Virus record (IMG/VR): IMGVR_UViG_3300019459_000019
Coordinates: 1-37,995 of that record
Reading direction: 5' to 3' (one strand)
Length of the DNA: 37,995 nucleotides
Source: a virus
Lineage: Duplodnaviria > Caudoviricetes
Below, one piece after another: positions 15,947 to 25,076 of the stretch. Both the position numbers and the translations under genes were made by a program. Numbering within the stretch: position 1 is the stretch's first letter; the number at the start of each line of letters is the position of its first letter. The notes beneath the pieces were generated by a model. It did no database searches and was not told where the DNA came from. It saw only the letters and a list, made by a program, of their open reading frames with translations.

Positions 15947-16116
15947 GATTGACAGGTAAAAGCATGTGGTACGTTGCAACCACCAATGTTGCAAATGAGC
16001 AACACAATCAAAGTTGGTATCTTGATCTTGAATTAGCGCTTGAACGTGTAGAAGAATTGGCGCTTAGTGGTCACAGAGTTATTATCGAAGAGGAGATTAA
16101 TCATGTCGAATATTAA
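15943..16116 (+). CDS. Hypothetical protein (57 aa, not in the ORF track)
   Basis: ATGA overlap; MRLTGKSMWYVATT...ALERVEELALSGHRVIIEEE. Confidence 0.55.
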   Translation: MRLTGKSMWYVATTNVANEQHNQSWYLDLELALERVEELALSGHRVIIEEEINHVEY

Positions 16117-16828
16117 TGTAGATAAGTATGTCATCAGCCTGTACGATTACACAGGCGAGGCTCTCAAGCCGTGGGCAGAAGCAGGTTATAGCTGCCTTGC
16201 CTTTGATATACAGCACGACGATACAGTCACAGATGTGTATGGCAGTGGTGGCAGCATCAAGTATGTCAAAGCAGATCTGCACGATCAGAATGTGCTCAAC
16301 AATATTGCAGTAAACCTACAGTTTGAGAACGTGGTGTTTGGCATGGCCTTCCCTGTTTGTACAGATCTGGCTGTCTCAGGTGCAGCACACTTCAAGCGCA
16401 AAGCAGAAAAAGATCCCGACTTCCAGATCAAAGCATCAAACTATGCAAAGATGTGTGCACAGCTATTTAATGAGCTTGGGGTGCCGTTCTTTATTGAGAA
16501 CCCTGTTTCTAGATTGGCAACGCTGTGGCGCAAGCCTGATCACTGCTTCCACCCGTATGAGTATGGTGGATATATCTGCAAGAGCAATGCTGAGCACCCA
16601 ACATGGCCTGAGTATATTGCGCCCCGTGATGCTTATCCTAAAAAGACATGCCTGTGGACAGGCAACGGCTTTACTATGCCATACCGCTTGCCAGTAGAGC
16701 CAGAGGACGGTCACAGTAGGCAGCACCTAAAGCTTGGTGGTAAATCAATGAAGACTAAGAACATACGCAGCGCAACGCCTCGCGGTTTTGCTAAGGCTGT
16801 GTATTATGCAAATGGAGTAACGGTATAA
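16103..16828 (+). CDS. Phage-type DNA cytosine-C5 methyltransferase-like protein
   Basis: GAGGAG RBS before ATG 16103. SAM-binding-like SLYDYTG, catalytic FPVCT, IENPV, KKTCLW and RSATPRGF. Confidence 0.75.
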   Translation: MSNINVDKYVISLYDYTGEALKPWAEAGYSCLAFDIQHDDTVTDVYGSGGSIKYVKADLHDQNVLNNIAVNLQFENVVFGMAFPVCTDLAVSGAAHFKRKAEKDPDFQIKASNYAKMCAQLFNELGVPFFIENPVSRLATLWRKPDHCFHPYEYGGYICKSNAEHPTWPEYIAPRDAYPKKTCLWTGNGFTMPYRLPVEPEDGHSRQHLKLGGKSMKTKNIRSATPRGFAKAVYYANGVTV

Positions 16829-17022
16829 TGTCAGGTGCAACAGTAGAAGATTTTAAGAAGTGGGAAGCCCACGCTAAGACTTTATCTAAAGAGTCCTTAG
16901 AATATGTAATTAGTGACTGCCGTGCAGCTAAAGAGGCAATGCATGGTTGGAACCCTAACCGTGAAAACTATTACGCGGATCAGTCTATGACATACAGCCA
17001 AGAGTTAAGGAAAAGAAAATGA
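16828..17022 (+). CDS. Hypothetical protein
   Basis: TAATG coupling, GGAG RBS. Confidence 0.7.
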   Translation: MSGATVEDFKKWEAHAKTLSKESLEYVISDCRAAKEAMHGWNPNRENYYADQSMTYSQELRKRK

Positions 17023-17222
17023 AAATATCTAATCAAACATTTCTTGAGTTATCTGCAGAGATTGCAGAAGCATGGATGAATGACGCATATCTTGATGACA
17101 TCTATGTTGAGGATGAAAACGGTGATGAGCGCTACACAGAAGAGGCGCAGGATCGGTTCAACGATATCTTAGATGAAGTGCAAGCTATCTTAGAGGGCTA
17201 TGTAAGAGGGGTGACAGCATGA
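17019..17222 (+). CDS. Highly acidic small protein
   Basis: ATGA overlap; strongly Asp/Glu rich. Confidence 0.7.
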   Translation: MKISNQTFLELSAEIAEAWMNDAYLDDIYVEDENGDERYTEEAQDRFNDILDEVQAILEGYVRGVTA

Positions 17223-17335
17223 CCCGTGAAGAATTTTTTGAATGGTTAAACACATGCCCTACCCACAAATGGGAAATCACTCACGATGAGTATGGTCACG
17301 TTGTCGTGTCCTTTCCTACAGATGAAGAGGAGTGA
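17219..17335 (+). CDS. 38-aa hypothetical protein (not in the ORF track)
   Basis: GAGGGG RBS and ATGA overlap; MTREEFFEWLNTCPTHKWEITHDEYGHVVVSFPTDEEE. Confidence 0.65.
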   Translation: MTREEFFEWLNTCPTHKWEITHDEYGHVVVSFPTDEEE

Positions 17336-17339
17336 CAGC

Positions 17340-17516
17340 ATGAAGGATCATTGGGTTACTAGATATGATGGTTGGTTCTATGGCAGATGGGAGACAACAT
17401 GGGAAGGGCATAATGATCTATATGATGCTGTTCAACGTTTGAAAGAATTAACAAAGGATGGATTTCATAATGTTTTTATGGAATATGATCCAAATCCAGA
17501 GGATTATGAAGAATGA
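17340..17516 (+). CDS. Hypothetical protein
   Basis: GAGGAG RBS before ATG 17340 (MKDHWVTRY). Confidence 0.7.
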   Translation: MKDHWVTRYDGWFYGRWETTWEGHNDLYDAVQRLKELTKDGFHNVFMEYDPNPEDYEE

Positions 17517-17725
17517 GTGGTTATTTGTATAGGCTAGGCATTGCCACCTCTGTCTGGTTTAACGTACTGCTAGGCGGTTCATCGAACCAGACTTTCAGTG
17601 CACGTAACTATCAGTGGCAAAAAGATCACAGGTTTAACTTGGTATTTTTGATCGACTTGATCTGTGGAAAAGGGCATTGTATGACATGTTGGTCATATTG
17701 GATGATTAGAAAAGGAAAATGGTAA
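17513..17725 (+). CDS. Hypothetical protein (NVLLGG..NQTFSAR...HC)
   Basis: ATGA overlap; motif recalled from phage small proteins. Confidence 0.7.
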   Translation: MSGYLYRLGIATSVWFNVLLGGSSNQTFSARNYQWQKDHRFNLVFLIDLICGKGHCMTCWSYWMIRKGKW

Positions 17726-17937
17726 TGACTAATCAAAAACAAACTATCTTGAAGCACCTTAAAACTGCAGGTTCAATCACAGTGCGTGAAGCGCTTATTG
17801 AATACAGCATTAGCAGCTTGACCAAGCGTATCCAAGAGATGCGTGAAGAAGGCTACGACATTTTATCTATGAAGAAGTGGCACCCTGTCACCAATCAACG
17901 GTATGTGCGTTACTACCTGCAAGGTTCACCTAAATGA
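17725..17937 (+). CDS. Winged helix-turn-helix DNA-binding protein
   Basis: QKQTILKHLKTAGSITVREA...SLTKRIQEMREEGYDI...YVRYYL pattern. Confidence 0.8.
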   Translation: MTNQKQTILKHLKTAGSITVREALIEYSISSLTKRIQEMREEGYDILSMKKWHPVTNQRYVRYYLQGSPK

Positions 17938-18098
17938 CCTATCGTATCTGGCTTAGTGATGCTAAAGGTTTTGACTTCTGTTACATCAGCACGAAGAACC
18001 GACTTGAAGTAGATAAACTATTGGAGAAGTATTCTAGATGGGAAAACGTCAAAGCAAGGGTGGAGAAGTATACACCCCGCGAAACTGCATATCAGTGA
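17934..18098 (+). CDS. 54-aa hypothetical protein (not in the ORF track)
   Basis: ATGA overlap; MTYRIWLSDAKGFDFCYIST... Confidence 0.55.
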   Translation: MTYRIWLSDAKGFDFCYISTKNRLEVDKLLEKYSRWENVKARVEKYTPRETAYQ

Positions 18099-18106
18099 GG
18101 AAGCTT

Positions 18107-18241
18107 ATGTATTCTTTGAAGAGACAGATAGATGATCTAGAGTGGGAAGGTGACTTTAAGCGCGCTGATTTCCTACGTACAGATCTAGCGCACGTAACTG
18201 AGTTAGATAAGAAAGGTGATGTATGGTTTCCTTCATTTTAA
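18107..18241 (+). CDS. Small hypothetical protein (start uncertain; track start 18038)
   Basis: GAGGA before ATG 18107; LKRQIDDLEWEG...GDVWFPSF. Confidence 0.6.
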   Translation: MYSLKRQIDDLEWEGDFKRADFLRTDLAHVTELDKKGDVWFPSF

Positions 18242-18351
18242 AGTATAGCATCGTGTTATTAATCTGTGCTGCTTACATAATTGGTTTTGTTGCTTTGATG
18301 TTTACTAGCCATGAGGAGTTAAGCCGTGCAAAGCGAAAAGGATTGCGATAA
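18223..18351 (+). CDS. Possible 42-aa single-pass membrane protein
   Basis: AAGGTGAT RBS; MVSFILKYSIVLLICAAYIIGFVALMFTSHEELSRAKRKGLR. Confidence 0.5.
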   Translation: MVSFILKYSIVLLICAAYIIGFVALMFTSHEELSRAKRKGLR

Positions 18352-18416
18352 TCCACACGATGATGCATCACACTGGGCGGGTAACATGCCCTCCAGTAAA
18401 AAAGGAGACAAGGATA

Positions 18417-19325
18417 ATGAGAAAAGTAAAGATCCCAAAGGCAACAGACAAGGTAAGTAAGCTTATTGATTACTACCTGCACAGCCCTGCCTTTGCTAAA
18501 CTCAGCCCTCGCAGCCAGAAAGACTATGAGTATCATTTGGCTAGAGTTAATAAAAGTATCGGCAGCAAGGCTATTGAAGATGTTACAGCCGGTATGCTCA
18601 ACAAAGCTTATGAGAAGTGGGAGCAAGATCATGGCATACGCACAGCTAATTACACAAAGTCTGTGCTGTCTAGGGCATGGAAGTACAGCATGTCCAAGGA
18701 TGTTATGAGACATAACCCTGTGAGCCTCATAGAGACTAGCACAGAGCGTAAAACAAAGACTAAGTGGGATCGGGCCGCTGTAAAGGCCTTCCTCACTACA
18801 GCGTACAGCCAGTGGCGTTGGCGCAGCATTGGGTTGATCGTTCACATGGCATATGATTGGGGTCAACGTACTGGTGACATGCGTACCCTGACATGGGATG
18901 CATTAGATCTGGATCAGTGCCGCATGGATCTGACACAATCTAAGAGGGGTGCTGATGTGCACCTACCTATCAGTCAGAACCTGTGCAAGATGTTACGTGA
19001 GCAACATAAAGATTTTGGCTTTCAAGATTACGTTGCACCAAAGGTATCACTGGATCGAGGCCAGGTTAGGCGCTATGGGTTGAATGAAATAGCCCCTCTT
19101 ATCAATGAGGTACTGGACGAAGCTAATCTACCTAGAGAGCTTACAGCTATGTCGCTGCGCCGTACTGCTGTAACTGAAATGATGGAAGCAGGGGTTGACC
19201 TAGTGGGCATCATGCAAGTAACAGGTCATGTAAACCCTGCATCGTTGAAGCCTTACATGGTCAATACATTCAGTGGTGCAAGCAGAGCTTTGGCAGCAAG
19301 GGGTAATGATGATGAAGATTCGTAA
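18417..19325 (+). CDS. int: Tyrosine recombinase / integrase
   Basis: Catalytic set: GQRTGD (R), QSKRG (K), SLRRT (HxxR variant), TGH and LKPY (Y). AAGGAG upstream of ATG 18417. Confidence 0.88.
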   Translation: MRKVKIPKATDKVSKLIDYYLHSPAFAKLSPRSQKDYEYHLARVNKSIGSKAIEDVTAGMLNKAYEKWEQDHGIRTANYTKSVLSRAWKYSMSKDVMRHNPVSLIETSTERKTKTKWDRAAVKAFLTTAYSQWRWRSIGLIVHMAYDWGQRTGDMRTLTWDALDLDQCRMDLTQSKRGADVHLPISQNLCKMLREQHKDFGFQDYVAPKVSLDRGQVRRYGLNEIAPLINEVLDEANLPRELTAMSLRRTAVTEMMEAGVDLVGIMQVTGHVNPASLKPYMVNTFSGASRALAARGNDDEDS

Positions 19326-20103
19326 ATATGTCGGTGATCTATGCCTTACTACAGGTGAGAACCATCGTGGTAACTGTCCTATGTGTGGTGGGCGTAATAC
19401 ATTCACTGCAACCAACGACAATGGTGTAGTAAAGTATAATTGCTACAAAAATACCTGCACTATCGGTGGTTTTATTCACACTGATTTGACTGCTGCAGAA
19501 ATAATGATGATTATGCGACAAACTGTAGAGCAAAAACGACATAGGGAGAAAGAGACTATGGAGATACCACAGTACGTGGTGAAGCCTATGCCTACACACC
19601 TAAAGTTTAACAGGTTTGTAAGGCGCTGGGGCTTGGCAATAGATAATTTACTTTACGATGTTAAAGATGAGCGTGTTGTATTTCCGATACACCACAAGGG
19701 GCGCATGGTAGACGCTAGTGGTAGGGCTGTAGGTAATACGCAGCACCCTAAATGGTATCGCTACACTGGTAAAGCTGACTACTACACGATAGGTACAGGG
19801 TCTGTCCTATTCATTGTTGAAGATGTCGTGTCAGCAATCGTTGCATATCAAGAGTTTCCGCATATAACTAGCATGGCTATTCTTGGTACTCAATTAACAG
19901 ACAAGCATATGGAGAAGATAGGTGAATACGATAGGGTTGTTATTGCTCTTGATCCTGATGCTATAGATAAGACTATCAAGTACAGGTTAGAGATACAGGC
20001 ATGGACAGGGCTACGCACTATGGCTTACATGCTAAACGACGATGTTAAGTACAGAGTAGAAGATGACATGGAAAAGCTAGAAGGAATATTGAGCAATGAG
20101 TAA
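19306..20103 (+). CDS. DNA primase (Zn finger + TOPRIM)
   Basis: CPMCGG...CYKNTC zinc-binding region; IVEDVVSA and ALDPDA TOPRIM acidic motifs. Confidence 0.9.
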   Translation: MMMKIRKYVGDLCLTTGENHRGNCPMCGGRNTFTATNDNGVVKYNCYKNTCTIGGFIHTDLTAAEIMMIMRQTVEQKRHREKETMEIPQYVVKPMPTHLKFNRFVRRWGLAIDNLLYDVKDERVVFPIHHKGRMVDASGRAVGNTQHPKWYRYTGKADYYTIGTGSVLFIVEDVVSAIVAYQEFPHITSMAILGTQLTDKHMEKIGEYDRVVIALDPDAIDKTIKYRLEIQAWTGLRTMAYMLNDDVKYRVEDDMEKLEGILSNE

Positions 20104-20713
20104 TAAACTGAACCTTGCTAACGCAGAATTTATTGATGGCGAATGGTGGTACATGTTAAATGGTAAGCCAAGGCAGCGGCTGTCTACACACAATAAAAGA
20201 AACAAAGGAAGGATGTATGTAGCAGAAGCTAAGCCTGAATATAAGGATGGGTACATACCTAAAGGCACAAGGAAAGATCGTGACCCTCACCCCTTTGTGT
20301 TGCTAGGATACCACACGCCAGGATATTTTAAAACTTGGGCAGAAGTTGTGGCTAAGATGAATAAAGATGCAAAGATTATAGTAGGTGAATTTACTCAAGA
20401 AAGTAAAAGAGTAAAATCATCAGAGGGGTATGTATATGTCGTGACTACATCTTGCTTTGAAGGTTGGGTAAAGATTGGGGTAGTAGAAACAGGCCATGAA
20501 AATAGAAGAATAGGTCAGTTTCATACATCAACTCCACATAGAAACCATGAGTATGCGTACATGAAAAAGTTTTCTGACAGGCATGTCGCAGAAAGTATTG
20601 CACATGCAGAAGCTCAGAAGGTTCACATTGGGCACGACAAAAAAGAAAACGGTGAATGGTTTAAGATGTCAGTAGAACAAGCCATAGATATTATTAATAG
20701 GATAGAAGAATGA
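20096..20713 (+). CDS. T5orf172 / GIY-YIG-like nuclease domain protein
   Basis: GYVYV...WVKIG...RR...AE..AH...GEWF. Confidence 0.75.
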   Translation: MSNKLNLANAEFIDGEWWYMLNGKPRQRLSTHNKRNKGRMYVAEAKPEYKDGYIPKGTRKDRDPHPFVLLGYHTPGYFKTWAEVVAKMNKDAKIIVGEFTQESKRVKSSEGYVYVVTTSCFEGWVKIGVVETGHENRRIGQFHTSTPHRNHEYAYMKKFSDRHVAESIAHAEAQKVHIGHDKKENGEWFKMSVEQAIDIINRIEE

Positions 20714-21366
20714 TTGAAGTAACATACAAAGGTCACATGGGTAATGACCTTACAGTCTGTAACGCTGCCCGTGTTTCATTTGGTAAAGAAACTGAGTGGG
20801 ATTACGAAGAGTCAGATGCTTACAGCTTTAAGCAACACCTTAAAACAAAAGATAGGAAGCTTATACAATACCTAGCCAAACACAAACACATCAGCCCATT
20901 CGGGCATTGCTTTGCCAGCTTCCACATCAAAGCACCAGTCTTTGTAGCTAGGCAGTTAGTAAAGCATAAGTTTCTACGGTGGAATGAGATTAGCCGTAGG
21001 TATGTGGACAGTGAGCCTGAGTTTTACGTGCCTGATAAGTATCGTGGACGTAGCCTTGATAAGAAGCAAGGTAGCGCAGGTAAAGTAACTGTATCTGACA
21101 ATGGTTTTAACGAGATTGCATTGACAGAGTATGAGTATCTTTTAGATTTAGGTGTATGCCCTGAGCAAGCACGTATGGTACTGCCACAGAGCATGATGAC
21201 TGAGTGGTACTGGTCAGGTAGCTTGGATGCATTTGCTGATATGTGTAAGCTTCGCTGTGCATCTGACACACAAGCAGAGACACAAGAGGTAGCCAATAAG
21301 ATTAGCATACAGATGCACAAGTTGTTTCCTGTATCGTGGATGGCATTAGCAAAGGGGCAAAGGTGA
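20710..21366 (+). CDS. thyX: Flavin-dependent thymidylate synthase
   Basis: NAARVSF, HISPFGH, VARQLVKH...NEISRRY, EQARMVLPQ, LR...TQAE. Confidence 0.93.
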   Translation: MIEVTYKGHMGNDLTVCNAARVSFGKETEWDYEESDAYSFKQHLKTKDRKLIQYLAKHKHISPFGHCFASFHIKAPVFVARQLVKHKFLRWNEISRRYVDSEPEFYVPDKYRGRSLDKKQGSAGKVTVSDNGFNEIALTEYEYLLDLGVCPEQARMVLPQSMMTEWYWSGSLDAFADMCKLRCASDTQAETQEVANKISIQMHKLFPVSWMALAKGQR

Positions 21367-21602
21367 TGAGTGAAATTAAAGTAATAGATATAGAAGAGCA
21401 TGAAGATGGTAGTGCTACACTACAAGTAGAGTGTGACCCTGAGACATTCGCAGCTATCTTTAATGCAGGGTTTATAGCATTGATAGAAGCTGGCTTGGAA
21501 TCAGAGTCAAACAGAAGTAAGAAAAAGAAGTGGCAGACCTGTGTAAGCTGTGGTGGCCCAGCGCAGAATGATATGTGTGGCTTTTGCTTAGAGGAAGAAT
21601 GA
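21366..21602 (+). CDS. Hypothetical protein with a C-terminal Zn ribbon
   Basis: TGATG coupling; EEHEDGSAT and CVSC...CGFC. Confidence 0.7.
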   Translation: MSEIKVIDIEEHEDGSATLQVECDPETFAAIFNAGFIALIEAGLESESNRSKKKKWQTCVSCGGPAQNDMCGFCLEEE

Positions 21603-21603
21603 T

Positions 21604-21765
21604 ATGAGTATGGTTGGAACAATAGAAGACATGCGCTGGGAAATAAAACTGTTGAAAGATGAGAACAGTAGGCTTAGACGTTTCATTAAGGATCACAAAC
21701 TGATTCGTGAGTTTGACGATGAAGAACGTAAGAGAGCCTTAGAGAGAGCAAGAATAAATAAATAA
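21604..21765 (+). CDS. 53-aa coiled-coil protein (not in the ORF track)
   Basis: GAGGA RBS; MSMVGTIEDMRWEIKLLKDENSRLRRFIK... Confidence 0.6.
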   Translation: MSMVGTIEDMRWEIKLLKDENSRLRRFIKDHKLIREFDDEERKRALERARINK

Positions 21766-21786
21766 CTACACTTGTAGGAGACAAGG

Positions 21787-23013
21787 ATGATTGAATTATC
21801 ACTAATAAAAACTCTACTGAACAAAGAGTTTTATGATCAACACAAAGGCATACGCTGCCCTGATAAGATCTTTACTAAAGACACACGTAAGATCAAACAG
21901 GCGTTAGACACAGCAATGCAGACGTATGAAGAAGACATGTCTGTGTCTGATCTTGAGGCTGTGTTCATGGGGCTTAATCAAACCATGACAACGGCTACCA
22001 AATCTGCATTCCAGGATTTGTTTCAGCGTTTAGATAAGGCTGAGCCTATCAAGAAAGATATTGCAGAAGACACCTTGAGCCACCTGTTTCAACAGTACGT
22101 TGGGGAGCAAGTTGCCAATCTAGGTTTCGACTTTGTGAATGGTAGTCAGAATAGCCTTGAGCCACTACGCCGCTTACTAGAGGATTACAAAGATGATTTT
22201 ACTCCTAACCTTCGCATTGATTGGGATGATATTGACATTGACACACTGCTTGCTGCGAATAACCTTGAAACGCAGTGGAAGTTTAACATACCAAGTCTCC
22301 GTAGGAAGGTGGAAGGCGTTAGCAATGGTCATCTTCTTGTGGTTGGCGCTAGGCCCAATACTGGTAAAACTTCTTTCCATGCCTCTCTGGTAGCAGGTAT
22401 AGATGGTTGGGCGTCACAGGGTGCTAAGTGCATCGTGCTGTGTAACGAAGAGAGCTACGAGCGTGTAGGTGCACGTTACCTAAGTGCTGCAACCAACATG
22501 AGTATGGATGAAGTGAAAGAGAATGTATCACTTGCACGTAAGCGCTATGATCCAGTGAAACAAAACATCCGTATCAAAGACAGTACCAACAAAGATATGA
22601 AATGGGTTGAGGCGGTAGTAAAGAATGAAAAGCCTGATATTGTTGTGTTGGATATGGGTGACAAGTTTGCAACCAAGAATAGCGATAAGTCAGACATATA
22701 CCTCAAGGATGCAGCCATCCATGCACGTAACATTGCAAAGCAACATAATTGTTGTGTGATATGGATGTCACAGCTATCTGCTGTTGCAGAAGGTAAGGTC
22801 TACGTGGATCAGTCCATGATGGAAGGGTCTAAGACAGGTAAGGCAGCGGAAGCAGATCTTATGGTTTTAATCTCTAAAGATCCTATCGTAGAAGGGCAGT
22901 CAGAAGAGTCAACACGGCGGCACCTAAACATTGCTAAGAATAAACTAAAGGGTGGATGGCATGGGGTTGTCCATTGTGAGTTAGATGGTGAGCGTTCACT
23001 CTACACCGCTTAG
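21787..23013 (+). CDS. DnaB-like (SF4) replicative helicase
   Basis: Walker A GARPNTGKT, VVLD Walker B region, MSQL, AEADL, IAKNK. Confidence 0.92.
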   Translation: MIELSLIKTLLNKEFYDQHKGIRCPDKIFTKDTRKIKQALDTAMQTYEEDMSVSDLEAVFMGLNQTMTTATKSAFQDLFQRLDKAEPIKKDIAEDTLSHLFQQYVGEQVANLGFDFVNGSQNSLEPLRRLLEDYKDDFTPNLRIDWDDIDIDTLLAANNLETQWKFNIPSLRRKVEGVSNGHLLVVGARPNTGKTSFHASLVAGIDGWASQGAKCIVLCNEESYERVGARYLSAATNMSMDEVKENVSLARKRYDPVKQNIRIKDSTNKDMKWVEAVVKNEKPDIVVLDMGDKFATKNSDKSDIYLKDAAIHARNIAKQHNCCVIWMSQLSAVAEGKVYVDQSMMEGSKTGKAAEADLMVLISKDPIVEGQSEESTRRHLNIAKNKLKGGWHGVVHCELDGERSLYTA

Positions 23014-23021
23014 GAGACTAG

Positions 23022-25076
23022 ATGAGACTTGTATTAGACGTAGAGAACAGCATCACATGGCGTGATGGTAAGACGTTCATTGACCCTTACGAGGTAGGCA
23101 ACCACCTTGTGCAGGTAGGCATGGTAAATGCTGATAACAAAGAAGAGGTCATGCTTGTTACTTTAGATCACAATGAGCATAAAGATTCAGACGGTCTAGG
23201 TAGAGCTTTGATACAGAACGTTCTTGATAAGACTACGTTGCTTATTATGCATAATGCCAAGCATGATCTTATGTGGTTGTGGGCTAGTGGGTTTAAATAC
23301 GATGGTGACATCTACGATACCATGCTGGCAGAATATATACTATGCAGAGGGCAGAAGCCCAAAGAAGGTATTGGCCTATCAGCATGTGCTATTAGAAGAG
23401 GTCTAGCAGAGCAGAAAGAAGACTACCTTACTGCATGTATAAAGAAAGGAATAAACACCCATGAGACGGATCTCGACTCTCTTAGCATTTATCTTCGGGC
23501 TGACATCCTCACAACTTGTGAGTTGTTCCACAGCATCGAAGCAGACTATGCAACCCCAGAATCCCGCTCCCTTTATGCAGTCAGAACCGTCACCTTTCAA
23601 ACATGCAAAACCCTCACCGAAATGTACATGTCAGGACTAAAGGTAGACCTAGATGTATTGGAGCAAGTTAAGGAAGAGTTTGAGCTTGAACAGGCACAGA
23701 TAGAAGAGCGCCTACAGAGTCAAGTACGTGACCTTATGGGTGACACACCTATCAATTTAAACTCACCTGAACAGCTATCTCAGGTTATCTTCTCACGTAA
23801 GCCTAATGATAAGAAAGAATGGGCTGATGTATTTGAGTTTGTAAAAGATAAGGCTGAGTTTAAAGCTGCAGTTAATGCTAATTCTAAGATGTTGTTTAAG
23901 ACTACAGCTTTCACTTGCCCTACCTGTAATGGGGCAGGTCATACATACAAAACAAAGAAAGATGGTACACGTTACGCTAGGCCCAACAAATGCACTACCT
24001 GTGACTCAAGAGGCTATGGCCTGAAAGAGTCAAAACAGATGGCCGGGCTTGGCTTTAGTGCACCAAATAAGAAGTGGATCGCTCATAGTGGATTTGGAAC
24101 AGGAAAGGATAACTTAGATGCATTGGTGGCAACAGCAAGAAACAATAACATGGAAACTGCGGCAAACTTTATTATGGATGTTAAGCGCCTTAATGCTATC
24201 ACTAGCTATCTTTCTAGCTTTGTTAGCGGCATATCTGTGCATACTAAGTCTAACGGATACCTTCACGCAACTCTTAGCCAGCACATAACAGCTACGGGTA
24301 GGTTTAGCAGTAAGAACCCTAACATGCAGAATATGCCTCGCGGCGGTACATTCCCTGTTAAGAAAGTATTTGTGTCACGTTGGGAAGGTGGGAAAATTTT
24401 AGAGGCTGACTTTGCCCAGCTAGAATTTAGAGCGGCTGCGTTCCTAGCCCAAGATGAGGTTGCAATGAAAGAAGTTGAGACAGGCTTTGACGTACATGCT
24501 TACACTGCAAAGGTTATCTCTGATGCAGGGCAACCTACAGCTAGACAGGCAGCGAAGGAACATACGTTTGCCCCACTCTTTGGCGCTACTGGTTATGGGC
24601 GTAGCAACGCTGAGAAGGCTTACTATGAGCACTTTAACGAGAAGTATAAAGGCATAGCACAGTGGCAGCAAAACCTAGCTGACGAAGCAATGCGCTTCAA
24701 CAAGATAACCAACATCAGTGGTAGGCAGTATGCTTTCCCTGACATTGAGCGTAGAGCTAATGGTAGTGTCACGCACTTTACTATGTTAAAGAATTATCCT
24801 GTGCAGGGTTTTGCTACGGGTGATGTTACCCCTGCTGTACTTAATGAGTTTCACAAAAGATTGAAGCCACTAAAGTCTGTATTGATCAACACAGTACATG
24901 ATTCAGCGGTGGCTGACATACACCCAGATGAAGAAGAAGAGGTATTACAAATAGTTACAGATCTTAATGATAATCTTGTGGATCTGATAGAAGATGTGTA
25001 CAAAGTACGTATGAATGTGCCACTATTATTAGAGGCAAAAATAGGCCCAAACTGGCTTGACACAAAAGACGTATAA
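23022..25076 (+). CDS. polA: DNA polymerase family A with 3'-5' exonuclease and inserted DnaJ-type Zn finger
   Basis: Exo motifs LDVE, HNAKHD, YDTM; CPTCNGAG...CTTCDSRG; TGRFSS, DFAQLEFR, KEHTFAPLFG, VHDS. Confidence 0.96.
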   Translation: MRLVLDVENSITWRDGKTFIDPYEVGNHLVQVGMVNADNKEEVMLVTLDHNEHKDSDGLGRALIQNVLDKTTLLIMHNAKHDLMWLWASGFKYDGDIYDTMLAEYILCRGQKPKEGIGLSACAIRRGLAEQKEDYLTACIKKGINTHETDLDSLSIYLRADILTTCELFHSIEADYATPESRSLYAVRTVTFQTCKTLTEMYMSGLKVDLDVLEQVKEEFELEQAQIEERLQSQVRDLMGDTPINLNSPEQLSQVIFSRKPNDKKEWADVFEFVKDKAEFKAAVNANSKMLFKTTAFTCPTCNGAGHTYKTKKDGTRYARPNKCTTCDSRGYGLKESKQMAGLGFSAPNKKWIAHSGFGTGKDNLDALVATARNNNMETAANFIMDVKRLNAITSYLSSFVSGISVHTKSNGYLHATLSQHITATGRFSSKNPNMQNMPRGGTFPVKKVFVSRWEGGKILEADFAQLEFRAAAFLAQDEVAMKEVETGFDVHAYTAKVISDAGQPTARQAAKEHTFAPLFGATGYGRSNAEKAYYEHFNEKYKGIAQWQQNLADEAMRFNKITNISGRQYAFPDIERRANGSVTHFTMLKNYPVQGFATGDVTPAVLNEFHKRLKPLKSVLINTVHDSAVADIHPDEEEEVLQIVTDLNDNLVDLIEDVYKVRMNVPLLLEAKIGPNWLDTKDV

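Noticed and set aside
15949-15975. TTGACA...TACGTT as a promoter
   Set aside because: The spacer is only 15 nt and the site lies within a plausible small CDS.
16097-16726. Several overlapping ORFs within the methyltransferase gene
   Set aside because: Shadow frames without RBS or recognisable domains.
18330-18410. Short hairpins upstream of int as attP or a tRNA fragment
   Set aside because: No T-loop (GTTCRA) or CCA-like tRNA 3' end recognised; cannot be supported without a host genome.
18273-18866. 197-aa antisense ORF over the integrase, considered as a repressor
   Set aside because: No HTH; composition typical of an antisense shadow.
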